DNA of 62,023 nt, filler included, from Deltaproteobacteria bacterium (GTDB taxonomy: Bacteria; Myxococcota; JACRCW01): NCBI GenBank assembly GCA_016218805.1. It is 3 parts of 3 records of this genome, joined end to end, with 100 filler letters (N's around TTAATTAATTAA, not from the genome) between each part and the next. Parts side by side here need not be neighbours in the genome. Positions count along the whole stretch, not along the records: positions 15,693 to 34,082 come from JACRCW010000126.1; 2 more parts are not named here. The stretch is one strand, 5' to 3'. Position 1 is the first letter of the stretch. Every line of letters begins with the position of its first letter. The notes beneath the pieces were generated by a model. That model saw only the letters and a program-made list of their open reading frames with translations. It ran no database searches and was not told the origin of the DNA. Positions 19,455 through 28,802 of the stretch are shown here, piece by piece. A program made the position numbers and the translations under genes.

Positions 19455-22271
19455 CTACCCGGCGGGCGCGGGCTCCTCGTCCTCCACCAGGCGCAGGCCG
19501 GGGGGAAGGCTCTCGCCCAGCATGCGCGCCTGGTCTGCCACCTCCAGGCCGTGGCTGCCCGTCTCCACCAGGGCCACCCAGCCTTCGCTGCCGGGGACCG
19601 GGCGCAGGCGGTCCAGGACGCGGGCGCGGATGGCGTCAGACACGTCGCGCGCGCGGTCCTGCGTGCGCCGGGCCAGCAGCGTGGCGGCAAACGCCGCGCC
19701 CTCGGTCTTGGCCCAGTCCCGCGCCAGCAGCTTGTCCAGCCACTCCTCCACCGTGGCGGTGCGCACCACGTCGGCGGCGCTGCCGTGGAACGGCACGCGC
19801 GCGCCCACCCGGCCCAGGGTCCACCAGCTGCGGCGGGCACCGTCGGCGGCCTCCAACTCGTGCAGCAGCCAGCGGCCGACCTCCGCCTTGCGCTCCGCGG
19901 GCAGCCGCTCCAGTGACGCGGCCAGCCGCACCATCTCCTCGCGGCCTTCGGCGCGCGGGCCCTTGGGGCGGGGCGGCGGCCCGCGGCCGGTGTGCGGCCG
20001 CAGATAGGGCGTCAGCGTCTCCAGGATGCGCTCGTGCTGGGCGCGGTTGAGGCCGCCGGCCACGCGGCGCCACATCACCCACCATTCCACCCAGTTGGGA
20101 ACCTGGGAGGTGTGCTGCACGCCGGGCTCGTAGATGCTCCAAAGATCGTTCACGCGGAACGGGTCCAGCGGCGCGCCAAAGCCCGGCCGCAGGCAGTAGC
20201 CCGCCCACTGGAACCACACGCGCTCGTGGTCCGGGGTGCGTCGGCGCCGGTCGGCACCGGACCACAACACGGTGAACAACTCGCGCAGCGTGGCGGTGTT
20301 CCAACTGTCGCGCTCGCCCAGGGCCTTGCCCAGCGCGCGCCCCAGGTTCTTCACGTCACGCGGCTCCACCGGCTGCGGCCGCCGCCCATAGATGCGCTCA
20401 AGCTGGTCCCGCGCGTCCACCAGTCCGCGTTGCTGCGGGGGAATGCTGCCCTCCACGCGGCGTTCCTCAACGGGGGCGCCGCCGCCGCCGCCGCGCAGCT
20501 GGAACTGCAGCCGCCAGCGGGCATCCGCGCTGACCAGGGACAGCTCCAGCGTCCCAATGTCGGTGGCCAGTGCGTGCAGCTGCACGGGCACTTCGCCCCC
20601 CTTGCCTTCCAGCACCGTCTGGATCGGCGGGAGCGGCTCGTAGGCCTCAGCGGGCTGCAGCGTCACCACCTCGCCCAGCGCATGGTGTCCCGTGGATGAG
20701 GCGAACAGCGGAAAGCGCGCGGGGCGCCCCACGGTGAGCGCAAACGTCCGAGGGAGGGTCAGCTCCTCCATGCCTTCATGCCCGCGCGGGATGACGCACA
20801 GCGCGCGGTCCCCATCCAGCCCTACGTAGTACGCCCGCGCGGTGCCGCCGCCGATGCGGTAACCCAGCCCGCGCCGCGTCAGCCCGTGGTAGACCGCGCC
20901 GCGCGCCACGGCGGCGTCCAGCGACGTGTACGGCAGCGACGGCACCGGTGGCGCACCCGGCCACCACGCGTTGAACACCTCCTGCAGCCGGGTGCGGATG
21001 GCACCGGCGCGGAACACGCCTCCGTTGAGCAGCACCGCATCCGGGCGCGGCAGCAGGGTGGAATCCGCGGGCTGCCCCAGCACCGCGCGCGCGGCCGCCG
21101 CATGGCGCCACAGGAACGCGCTGACATGCCGGGGCACCGCGGTCTCATGCGCGTACGGGAGGCCCAGCTCCATCAGGCCACCCGCGCGCCCGCGCGGCCG
21201 GGCCTGCTCCGCGGGGCCCACGGGGAAGAACCCGTCCAGGAGCACGGCCAGCGCCTCCTCGCGCGCCAGCTCCACCTTGATGGCCCCACCCACCAGCTTG
21301 CTGCCGCGGCCCGCCACGGAGATGCCGTAGCGCGGCGGGCCGCCCTTGTCGGACAGCAGCGCCTGCTTGCCCAGGCGGCACACGTGCACCAGCTGCGCGT
21401 ACTGCGCCACCTCCAGCTTGCCCGTCCCGCCCAGTGCCCGCTGCTCGCACAGCCGCGCCAGGGCCAGGTCCATGTTGTCACCGCCCAGCAGGATGTGGTC
21501 ACCCACGGCAATGCGCTTGAGCGTGACCTCGCCGTTGGGCGCGTGGCCCACCTCCACCAGGGTGAGGTCCGTGGTGCCACCGCCCACGTCGACAACCAGC
21601 ACCAGGCGCGTGCCGTCCAGCGCGCGCGCCAGGGCGCTGCCCGCCGCGCCCACAAAGTCGTAGAACGCGGCCTGCGGCTCCTCCACGAGGAACAGCCGTG
21701 GCAGGCCCGCCTCCGCCGCCGCCTTCACCGTGAGCTCGCGCGCCACCTCGTCAAAGCTGGCGGGGACGGTGAGCACCACCTCCTGCTCCGGCAGCGGCGC
21801 ATCCGGGTGGGCATGGTTCCACGCGTTGACCACGTGGCACAGCACGCCGGTGCTGGCCGCCACCGGGCTGAGGCGGCGGACCTCGTCGGGCGCACCCCAC
21901 GGGAGGATGGGCGCCTCGCGGTCCACGCCGCCGTGACACAGCCAGCTCTTGGCGGAGGTGACCAGCCGCCCGGGGGTCTTGGCGCCCAGGCGCTTGGCCA
22001 CCTCGCCCACCAGCACGGGCGCGGCCGTTGGCGCGGCGGCGTCCCACGGGAGGCGGAGCTGGTCGCGCGGCAGTTCGTCCGGGTGGGGCAGGTAGAGGGC
22101 GGAGGGGAGCGCCGGCAGGGCGCTGACCTCGCCGGGGGAGAGGAACTGCGGGACGGGGAAGACCGCCACCGCGCGCCCCGGCTCCTCGGCGCGGGCCGCG
22201 TCCACGGACGCGCACGCCACCACGGTGTTGGTGGTTCCCAGATCAATTCCCACGACGTACTTCGCCGCCAT
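19455..22271 (-). CDS. Hsp70-family protein with DUF3731-type C-terminal extension
   Basis: GIDLGTTN, SAKSWLCH, TVPASFDE, EEPQAA, DVGGGTTD, LGGDNMD; C-terminal GYCLRPGFG and LGESLPPGL. Confidence 0.92.
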   Translation of the reverse strand: MAAKYVVGIDLGTTNTVVACASVDAARAEEPGRAVAVFPVPQFLSPGEVSALPALPSALYLPHPDELPRDQLRLPWDAAAPTAAPVLVGEVAKRLGAKTPGRLVTSAKSWLCHGGVDREAPILPWGAPDEVRRLSPVAASTGVLCHVVNAWNHAHPDAPLPEQEVVLTVPASFDEVARELTVKAAAEAGLPRLFLVEEPQAAFYDFVGAAGSALARALDGTRLVLVVDVGGGTTDLTLVEVGHAPNGEVTLKRIAVGDHILLGGDNMDLALARLCEQRALGGTGKLEVAQYAQLVHVCRLGKQALLSDKGGPPRYGISVAGRGSKLVGGAIKVELAREEALAVLLDGFFPVGPAEQARPRGRAGGLMELGLPYAHETAVPRHVSAFLWRHAAAARAVLGQPADSTLLPRPDAVLLNGGVFRAGAIRTRLQEVFNAWWPGAPPVPSLPYTSLDAAVARGAVYHGLTRRGLGYRIGGGTARAYYVGLDGDRALCVIPRGHEGMEELTLPRTFALTVGRPARFPLFASSTGHHALGEVVTLQPAEAYEPLPPIQTVLEGKGGEVPVQLHALATDIGTLELSLVSADARWRLQFQLRGGGGGAPVEERRVEGSIPPQQRGLVDARDQLERIYGRRPQPVEPRDVKNLGRALGKALGERDSWNTATLRELFTVLWSGADRRRRTPDHERVWFQWAGYCLRPGFGAPLDPFRVNDLWSIYEPGVQHTSQVPNWVEWWVMWRRVAGGLNRAQHERILETLTPYLRPHTGRGPPPRPKGPRAEGREEMVRLAASLERLPAERKAEVGRWLLHELEAADGARRSWWTLGRVGARVPFHGSAADVVRTATVEEWLDKLLARDWAKTEGAAFAATLLARRTQDRARDVSDAIRARVLDRLRPVPGSEGWVALVETGSHGLEVADQARMLGESLPPGLRLVEDEEPAPAG

Positions 22272-22372
22272 GCCGCTGCCTGCCTCCGGTCGCGCGCGCT
22301 CGTAGCACGCCCGCTCTGCCGCGGGCAGGCCGCCGTGTGGTCCGGGCGTGCGCTCCTGCTAGTCTGTCTGCC

Positions 22373-23134
22373 GTGGCCCGCTTGCTTGAGCAGATTGTCT
22401 CGCCTCCGCAGCCCTGCACGTACTTGCCGGGACTGGAAGCGGTGATGGAGACGCGCGTGATGCTGGAGGTGTCCGCCGCCGAGCTGGACGCGCTGCTGGC
22501 GCGCGGTTGGCGCCGGTTTGGCCCTACCTATTTCCGTCCGCGGTGCCGCGCGTGCGCCGAATGCGTCTCCCTGCGCGTGCCGGTGAACACCTTTGCACCC
22601 ACGCATTCGCAGCTGCGCGCGCTGCGCAAGTGCCGGGACGTGGAGGTGCACGTGGGGGTGCCGCGCGTGGACACGGAGCGGATGGACCTCTACCACCGCT
22701 GGCACGCCATGCGGGAAGCGGACCGCGGCTGGACCGGGGACACCGTCACCCACGAGCAGTACGCCATGCAGTTCTGCTTCCCGCACCCGGCCGCGCGCGA
22801 GATGACCTACCGGCTTGACGGCAAGCTCATTGGGGTAGGCATTGTGGACGAGACACCCGCCGCGCTGTCCAGCGTGTACTTCTACTTTGACCCGCAGCAC
22901 CGCCGGCTGTCACTGGGCGTGGCCAGCGCGCTGCTGGAGATTGCGCACGCGCAGCGCCGGGGCCGCAGGTGGCTGTACCTGGGCTACCGGGTCCAGGCGT
23001 GTCCGTCGCTGCAGTACAAGGGGACCTTTGGTCCGCATGAGCTGCTGGTGGGCCGGCCGGAGCCGGACGACGAGCCCCGCTGGGTGCCACCGCCGGAGCA
23101 CCCGCTTGCCGCCCCGCCCGCGGCGGACGGGTGA
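22373..23134 (+). CDS. ate: ATE1-like aminoacyl-tRNA-protein transferase (Asp/Glu leucyltransferase, Bpt)
   Basis: PCTYLP, GWRRFG, FRPRCRACAECVSLR, ALSSVYFYFDP, YLGYRV..LQYK. Confidence 0.92.
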   Translation: MARLLEQIVSPPQPCTYLPGLEAVMETRVMLEVSAAELDALLARGWRRFGPTYFRPRCRACAECVSLRVPVNTFAPTHSQLRALRKCRDVEVHVGVPRVDTERMDLYHRWHAMREADRGWTGDTVTHEQYAMQFCFPHPAAREMTYRLDGKLIGVGIVDETPAALSSVYFYFDPQHRRLSLGVASALLEIAHAQRRGRRWLYLGYRVQACPSLQYKGTFGPHELLVGRPEPDDEPRWVPPPEHPLAAPPAADG

Positions 23135-23199
23135 TGCGCATGGCGCCAGGCCCCACCACGGGAGACGGTGACCGGCGCCGCCGCCGGGAAGGCACGGAG

Positions 23200-24372
23200 G
23201 TGCAGGGCTCCATCCTGTTCAACGGCAACATTGAGCGGGAGACGGACTTCATCCAGCGGTTCAAGGACCGCATTCTCACCTCCCGCCACCAGGACGCCGC
23301 GGTCCGGGGCTCGCGCAAGGTGCTGATGGTGACCGCCGCGTGGAAGAAGGACGAATACAATGAGGGCCACGTCCGCGCGGCGCTCAACGCCATTGGCATC
23401 CCGTCCCGCTACGAGGCCGGGTACGACCAGAACATCCAGAACCTGGCGGTCTACCACGGGTTCAACAGCCTCAAGCAGAAGGAACCGGAACTCTACGCAA
23501 AATACCATGAAAAGCAGGAGGTCATCAAAGGCGTGAAACAGTTCTACCGCAAGAAAAACACGCAATTGGTGGCGCTGCTCAAGGACCAGAAGGAGCTCAT
23601 CCAACGCACGTTCCCCGGCACCACGCTGGCGCAGGTGCTCAACTACCCGGTGCAGGCCACGCGCAAGGACCTGCCGTCCCTGTCACCGCGGCAGTTGCAC
23701 TTCCACTACTGCTGCCAGGATGTGCAGGGGACGCTGCGCGCCATTGTGCAGAATGACGAGAAGATGGTGGAGATCTGCAGCGAGATTGACCTGTACTTTG
23801 CCGCCAGCTCCGGGCTGGCCGCCAACGCCACCTACCGCGAGATGCGCGCCCGGCTGGTGGAGCGCATCCTGTCCGCCAACTCCATCTTCATCTTTGGCGG
23901 GCACGTGGCCATCCTCTACAACCGCCTGAACTTCTTCAAGCTGAAGGAGGCGTTTGTGGAGGCACTGCGGCGGGGAACCAACTTCTACACCATCTCCGCG
24001 GGCACCGGCGTGCTGTGCAACCGCATCATCCTGTATGACGACTTTGGCGAGGACCGGCACGTGGCGCGGGATTTTGAGTTCTTTGACAACGGGTTTGGCA
24101 TTGTCACCAAAATCCAGGTGTTTCCGCACTGCATGGACCGCATCAAGACGGATGACCCGGACAACCTGGCGTACCTGGCGCACCGGTTTGAGAGTTCGTG
24201 TTGTCTGGGGATGAACCAGGAGTCCTTCCTGCTGATGGAGACGGTGGCGGACGGCGCGGACGCCACGCGGGAGCGGTTTGTGTCCATGGGGGAGAAGGAC
24301 GCGGTGTGGGTGTTTGACAAGACGGGGCGCAAGACGCCCAAGGGAAACGGCGAGGAACTCGCGCTATCGTAA
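23200..24372 (+). CDS. class I glutamine amidotransferase-like / peptidase S51-like protein with helical insertion
   Basis: LMVTAAW, IFIFGGHVAILYNRL, nucleophile-elbow TISAG, VFPH. Confidence 0.7.
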   Translation: MQGSILFNGNIERETDFIQRFKDRILTSRHQDAAVRGSRKVLMVTAAWKKDEYNEGHVRAALNAIGIPSRYEAGYDQNIQNLAVYHGFNSLKQKEPELYAKYHEKQEVIKGVKQFYRKKNTQLVALLKDQKELIQRTFPGTTLAQVLNYPVQATRKDLPSLSPRQLHFHYCCQDVQGTLRAIVQNDEKMVEICSEIDLYFAASSGLAANATYREMRARLVERILSANSIFIFGGHVAILYNRLNFFKLKEAFVEALRRGTNFYTISAGTGVLCNRIILYDDFGEDRHVARDFEFFDNGFGIVTKIQVFPHCMDRIKTDDPDNLAYLAHRFESSCCLGMNQESFLLMETVADGADATRERFVSMGEKDAVWVFDKTGRKTPKGNGEELALS

Positions 24373-24400
24373 TCGGGCGGCGCGGTGTCCCTGTCCGTTC

Positions 24401-25651
24401 TCAGGGTGCGGCGGCCACGTGCGCCACGGTGCGGTCCACCAGTCCCAGGAACGCGCGCGTGGTGCGTTCCAGGTGCTCCTCCGGGGTGTCCTCCTCCTTG
24501 CAGTGACTCAGTCCGCGGGTGGAGGACGAAAACACCATCACCGTGGGCACCCGCGCGGCCATTTCAGAGGCGTCATGCAGCGGGCCGGAGGGCAGCCGTG
24601 GCGCCTCGCCGGTGACTTCCTGGACGGACTGTTCACACAGGCGCAGCAGCGCGGGGTCAAACGGCCGCGGCGCAATGCGCAGCAGGTGGCGCCACTCCAC
24701 GGTGACGTTGTTCTCCCGGGCCAACCGCTCGGAGGCGGCGCGGGCCTCACGGTTCATCACCGCCAGCACCTCCGCGTCCAGCGCGCGCTGGTCCAGTGAA
24801 ATCTCGCAGACCCCGGGCACGGCGGTGACCACGCGCGGCTCCACGTTGACCACGCCCACGGTGCACACCACGCCAGCACCCGGCTTGGAATGGCGCAGCG
24901 CAATCTGCCGGCATTCCAGCGCGGTGGCGGCGGCGGCAAGGAACGCGTCCCGCCGCATGGGGATGGGGGTGGAGCCGGAGTGCGCCGCCTGGCCCGTGAA
25001 GCGCATCATGTGCCGCTCCACGCCAAAGGTGCCAATGACCACGCCGGTGGACTTGCCCAGGCTTTCCAGCACGGGGCCCTGCTCAATGTGGACCTCCAGG
25101 TAGGCGCGCGCATCAATTGCCTTGAATTGTGTGTGCGCATCCAGCACGCGCTCCAAATCAACGCCATTCTCCCGCAGCGCATCCGGCAGCGCGGTGCCGT
25201 GACGGTCCTTGAGTCCGCGCACGTCCTCCAGTTGCAGGGTCCCGGCGGCGGCGGCGGAGCCAAACAGGCTGCGGCCAAACCGGGCGCCCTCTTCATCCGC
25301 CCAGTCCACCAGCTTGAGGGTCACGGGTGGCTTCTTTCCGCGGGCGTGGCTGCGCAGCGCCTCCAGCGCGGCCACCACACCAAAACACCCGTCCAGCCAG
25401 CCGCCGTTGGGCACGCAGTCCAGGTGGCTCCCCATGATGATGGTGCGCGCCGAATCGCCGGGGACGGTGACCCACAGGTTGCCGGCCGCGTCAGGTTCCG
25501 CGCGCAGGCCCAGTTCCGCCACCTTGCCCTGGAACCATGCGCGCGCGTCGCGCCACACGGGTCCCCACGCCAGCCGCTGCGCGCCTTCCGGCGTGGACGT
25601 CCTGGCGGCCAGTTCCTTGAGCTCTGCAATCACCCGGCGTGCGTCTGACAT
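24401..25651 (-). CDS. M20 Zn-dependent amidohydrolase (hydantoinase/carbamoylase family), second paralogue
   Basis: GSHLDCVPNGGWLDG, DEEGARFG, EVHIEQGPVL, HSGSTPI, SGPLHDA, SHCKEED. Confidence 0.93.
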   Translation of the reverse strand: MSDARRVIAELKELAARTSTPEGAQRLAWGPVWRDARAWFQGKVAELGLRAEPDAAGNLWVTVPGDSARTIIMGSHLDCVPNGGWLDGCFGVVAALEALRSHARGKKPPVTLKLVDWADEEGARFGRSLFGSAAAAGTLQLEDVRGLKDRHGTALPDALRENGVDLERVLDAHTQFKAIDARAYLEVHIEQGPVLESLGKSTGVVIGTFGVERHMMRFTGQAAHSGSTPIPMRRDAFLAAAATALECRQIALRHSKPGAGVVCTVGVVNVEPRVVTAVPGVCEISLDQRALDAEVLAVMNREARAASERLARENNVTVEWRHLLRIAPRPFDPALLRLCEQSVQEVTGEAPRLPSGPLHDASEMAARVPTVMVFSSSTRGLSHCKEEDTPEEHLERTTRAFLGLVDRTVAHVAAAP

Positions 25652-25759
25652 GGCTCACCTCGTGTTGGGCGGGCGACTATAGCCGCGCGGTCCGGCGCGC
25701 CCGAGGTCCCCGGCTCGTTATCTTGCACGTGAGCGCAAGCGGGAGGATCCTGTGGGGGC

Positions 25760-27982
25760 ATGGAGGCATTCCCGCTTCCCGTGCTCGAACCCGGCGGGGC
25801 CGTACGATTCGCCTCGAGGGGGGACCTTCGCGCGTTCTGGACCAAGTACCTGGCGCGGGGCGCGCTGGCGGCGCTCCCCGGCAGGACCGTGGCGCCGCTG
25901 GAACAGTTTGAGATCACGCTGGAAGGAGGGGGCCTGGGGCGGCCCGTCAGGCTGCGCGTGGAGGTTGTGTACATGCAGCCGGAGCGGGTGCTGATGCGCC
26001 TGCTGGATCCGCCGCCGGAGATGCCGGCGGTGCTGCTGGAGCTGCCAGTGTCGGCCCCCGTGCCCGCGGCGCCGCCTGCGCGGGTCCCCACACCCCAGCC
26101 CACGCTCGATGGTGACGTGCTCCGCTTTGCCGACGTGGCAGAATGGAAAGCCGCCCGCGCGGCGCTGGGCGGTATCGGTGCGCTGGTGGCGGTCTGCCTG
26201 GGCGAAACACCTGAGTCCGCCCGTGACCTTAGCATCGTCGTCGGCGACCGGCATGCCGTGCAGAAGGTGCATTGCGACTTCTTGCCGGGCCGCCTGGGCA
26301 CCATCATTGTCCGGGCGAATTCCCGTGGGGGCTGGCAGCCCGTTCTCGACGAGCTTGACCTGCCCGAGGGCACGATGCCCGCGGCACCACCACCTCCACC
26401 GCCACCCGCACCTGCGCCACCGCCGCCACCACCACCGCCCGCACCCGCACCTGCGCCATCACCGCCGCCGCCACCTCCCGCGCCCGCACCCATCCCGCCG
26501 CCACCACCACCACCACCGCCTCCTCCCCCGCCCCAGCCATCACCGCCGCCGCCACCGCCACCCGAGCCCTCCATCGCCACGCTGCCGCCCTTCCTGTCCG
26601 GGGACGTGCTGACCTTCCAGGGATACGAGGACCTGAAGGCGGCGCGCGCCACGCTCGACTCCATGGGCGCCGTCGTGTCGGTGTGCGACGACGCGCGACC
26701 GCCGCCGGCGTTGACCCTGCGCGTCATGGTCCAGGCGACGGAGGCGCGCACCCGCATCCGTTGCCAACTGACGCGGGTGCAGTCCGGCAGCGTGCTGGTC
26801 CAGGCGGAGAACAAGCGGGACTGGGCCACCGTGCTGGAGGAACTGGACCCGCGTCTGCCGCCGCCGGGCGCCGCGGTGCGGCCGCCGCCGCCATCCCGGA
26901 CCGCCACGCGGCCCTTCATCATGGCGCCGCGCGCGCAGGCCGTGGACCCCAAGGGGCACCTGTACAACCCCACCACCGTGGACGGGATCCTGCGGCTCCC
27001 GGTGAACCGGCAACCCACGGAAGCCGAATCCGCGCGCCCCTCCGTGCCCTTGTGGCTGCGCTGGATGCGCCAGCAACCGGGCATCCTGCGCGTGGACCTC
27101 AAGGCGGACAGCAAGCCGGTGCAACCGCTGTTCTTCCTGCACGGCAAGGAGGTGCGTGCCTCCGCCGGGCTGCAGTCACTGGGGCGCGCGCTGGCGGTGG
27201 AGCACCTGGAGTACGAGCTGGCCACCCTGCCGCAGGCGCCGCCGTTCACGCAGGGCGGCCGCACGCTGCACCTGGTGGTGGAGACCATCCGCGGGCTGCT
27301 GGCCAGCCATGACGTGGATGAGATTGCGCACGCGTTCCCCTACATCAACGACGAGCGCCTGGTGACCGCGTCGCCCGAGATCATGGACACCCTTGGGCTG
27401 CCGTCCGCGCATGACCGGTTTGCCCGCACGTGCCTGAAGGGGGATGCGCGCGTGAAGGACGTGGTGGAATCCGGCACCGGTGCCCGCAACGGCTGGGATG
27501 TGCTGGTGCTGCTGCACCTGTACGGCGGCCTGTCCTTCAAGGAGGGCGTGTCCCGCTACGCAGACGGCCACGGCGACGTGGACGCCCCGGAGCTCATACT
27601 GCGGCGTGACCTGTTTGAGGTGCTGGGGTTGCACTGGTCCTCCAGCCCCAGCGAGTTGGGGTCCGCGTACGCCAAGGCGAAGACCGACTGGGGCCCGCAC
27701 GGGAAGCGGCACCCCCCGGATGCCAAGCTGGCCGCAAAGATCATGGAGCGCATTGAGGAAGCGTTCCGCACCCTGTCACGCCCGGACCTGCGGCAGGCCT
27801 ACCGCAAGGAGACCTTCAAGCTGGTGTGGAGCACGCAGGCCCAGATTCTGGTGGACAAGGCGCGGCTGGAGCTGCACCGGCTGGACGTGCCGGAGGCGCG
27901 GCGCTGCCTGCAGGCGGCGCTGGACATCTACCCGACTGATGAAGCCGCCAAGCTCATGGAGACGCTGGACGCGCGCCGGTGA
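25760..27982 (+). CDS. multidomain protein: duplicated ~95-aa domain, poly-Pro linker, degenerate J-like domain, TPR-like tail
   Basis: DGDVLRFADVAEWKAARAAL vs SGDVLTFQGYEDLKAARATL; DLFEVLGLHW..IEEAFRTLS..RQAY; no HPD. Confidence 0.72.
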   Translation: MEAFPLPVLEPGGAVRFASRGDLRAFWTKYLARGALAALPGRTVAPLEQFEITLEGGGLGRPVRLRVEVVYMQPERVLMRLLDPPPEMPAVLLELPVSAPVPAAPPARVPTPQPTLDGDVLRFADVAEWKAARAALGGIGALVAVCLGETPESARDLSIVVGDRHAVQKVHCDFLPGRLGTIIVRANSRGGWQPVLDELDLPEGTMPAAPPPPPPPAPAPPPPPPPPAPAPAPSPPPPPPAPAPIPPPPPPPPPPPPPQPSPPPPPPPEPSIATLPPFLSGDVLTFQGYEDLKAARATLDSMGAVVSVCDDARPPPALTLRVMVQATEARTRIRCQLTRVQSGSVLVQAENKRDWATVLEELDPRLPPPGAAVRPPPPSRTATRPFIMAPRAQAVDPKGHLYNPTTVDGILRLPVNRQPTEAESARPSVPLWLRWMRQQPGILRVDLKADSKPVQPLFFLHGKEVRASAGLQSLGRALAVEHLEYELATLPQAPPFTQGGRTLHLVVETIRGLLASHDVDEIAHAFPYINDERLVTASPEIMDTLGLPSAHDRFARTCLKGDARVKDVVESGTGARNGWDVLVLLHLYGGLSFKEGVSRYADGHGDVDAPELILRRDLFEVLGLHWSSSPSELGSAYAKAKTDWGPHGKRHPPDAKLAAKIMERIEEAFRTLSRPDLRQAYRKETFKLVWSTQAQILVDKARLELHRLDVPEARRCLQAALDIYPTDEAAKLMETLDARR

Positions 27983-27994
27983 GCGCGGGCAGCG

Positions 27995-28786
27995 TCAGCC
28001 TGTGGGCGTGCCGCCGGGGGCGCCGGGCTCCACGCCCGGGTCAGTAGCCGGCACGGTGCTCTGCCCGTCCACCATGGCCTGGGATTCCCGCGGGTGCCAG
28101 CCGGCCGGGGCGCGCGCGGGCGCCGGGCCCCGCCACGGGCGGAACGTCCGCAGGATCACCCCGCCCGCCCCCACGCAGATGGCGGAGTCCGCAATGTTGA
28201 ACGTGGGCCAGTGCGGCCAGCCCGGGTTCACGGTGGACAGGTGCCAGTCAATGAAGTCAATGACGTACCCGTAGCTCATCCGGTCAATCAGGTTCCCCAG
28301 CGCGCCGCCGAGGATGAGCGCAAAGCACGTGAGGATGAGCCAGTCCGGCTCCCGCGTGCGCCAGTACCAGGTCAGGATGAGGAACATGGCCAGCATGCTC
28401 ACCACCACCAGGAACGGCTTGCGGATCCACTCGGGGAGGGACGCGGTGAGGCTGAAGGCCGCTGCCGGGTTCTCCACGTAACGCAGGTCAAACAGGCCCT
28501 CCACCACGGTGACCTTGCGCACGGGCATCCAGATCTTCACCGGGTCCGAACCCGGCGCCGCGCCGTAGGGCACCGCCTGCCGCGCTTCTGCCAGCTCCTT
28601 CTGCGCAATGAGCTTGCTGCCCTGGTCCAGCGTGACGGTCATGGACACCACCGCCGGTAGCAGCAGCAGCTTGGCCCAACGTGGTGCGTCAGGCCCGCCG
28701 TCAACTCCCCGGCGGTGCTCCGAGGTTTCCGCAAACGCCGCGGGCGCCGCCGGGACAATGTCGTGCTGCGTGTCGGATGCGTTCAC
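27995..28786 (-). CDS. lspA: lipoprotein signal peptidase II
   Basis: LDQGSK, ENPAAAFSL, GGALGNLIDR, VIDFID, WPTFNIADSAI; GTG start with GGAG. Confidence 0.95.
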   Translation of the reverse strand: MNASDTQHDIVPAAPAAFAETSEHRRGVDGGPDAPRWAKLLLLPAVVSMTVTLDQGSKLIAQKELAEARQAVPYGAAPGSDPVKIWMPVRKVTVVEGLFDLRYVENPAAAFSLTASLPEWIRKPFLVVVSMLAMFLILTWYWRTREPDWLILTCFALILGGALGNLIDRMSYGYVIDFIDWHLSTVNPGWPHWPTFNIADSAICVGAGGVILRTFRPWRGPAPARAPAGWHPRESQAMVDGQSTVPATDPGVEPGAPGGTPTG

Positions 28787-28802
28787 CGTGGGGTCTCCGC
28801 TC

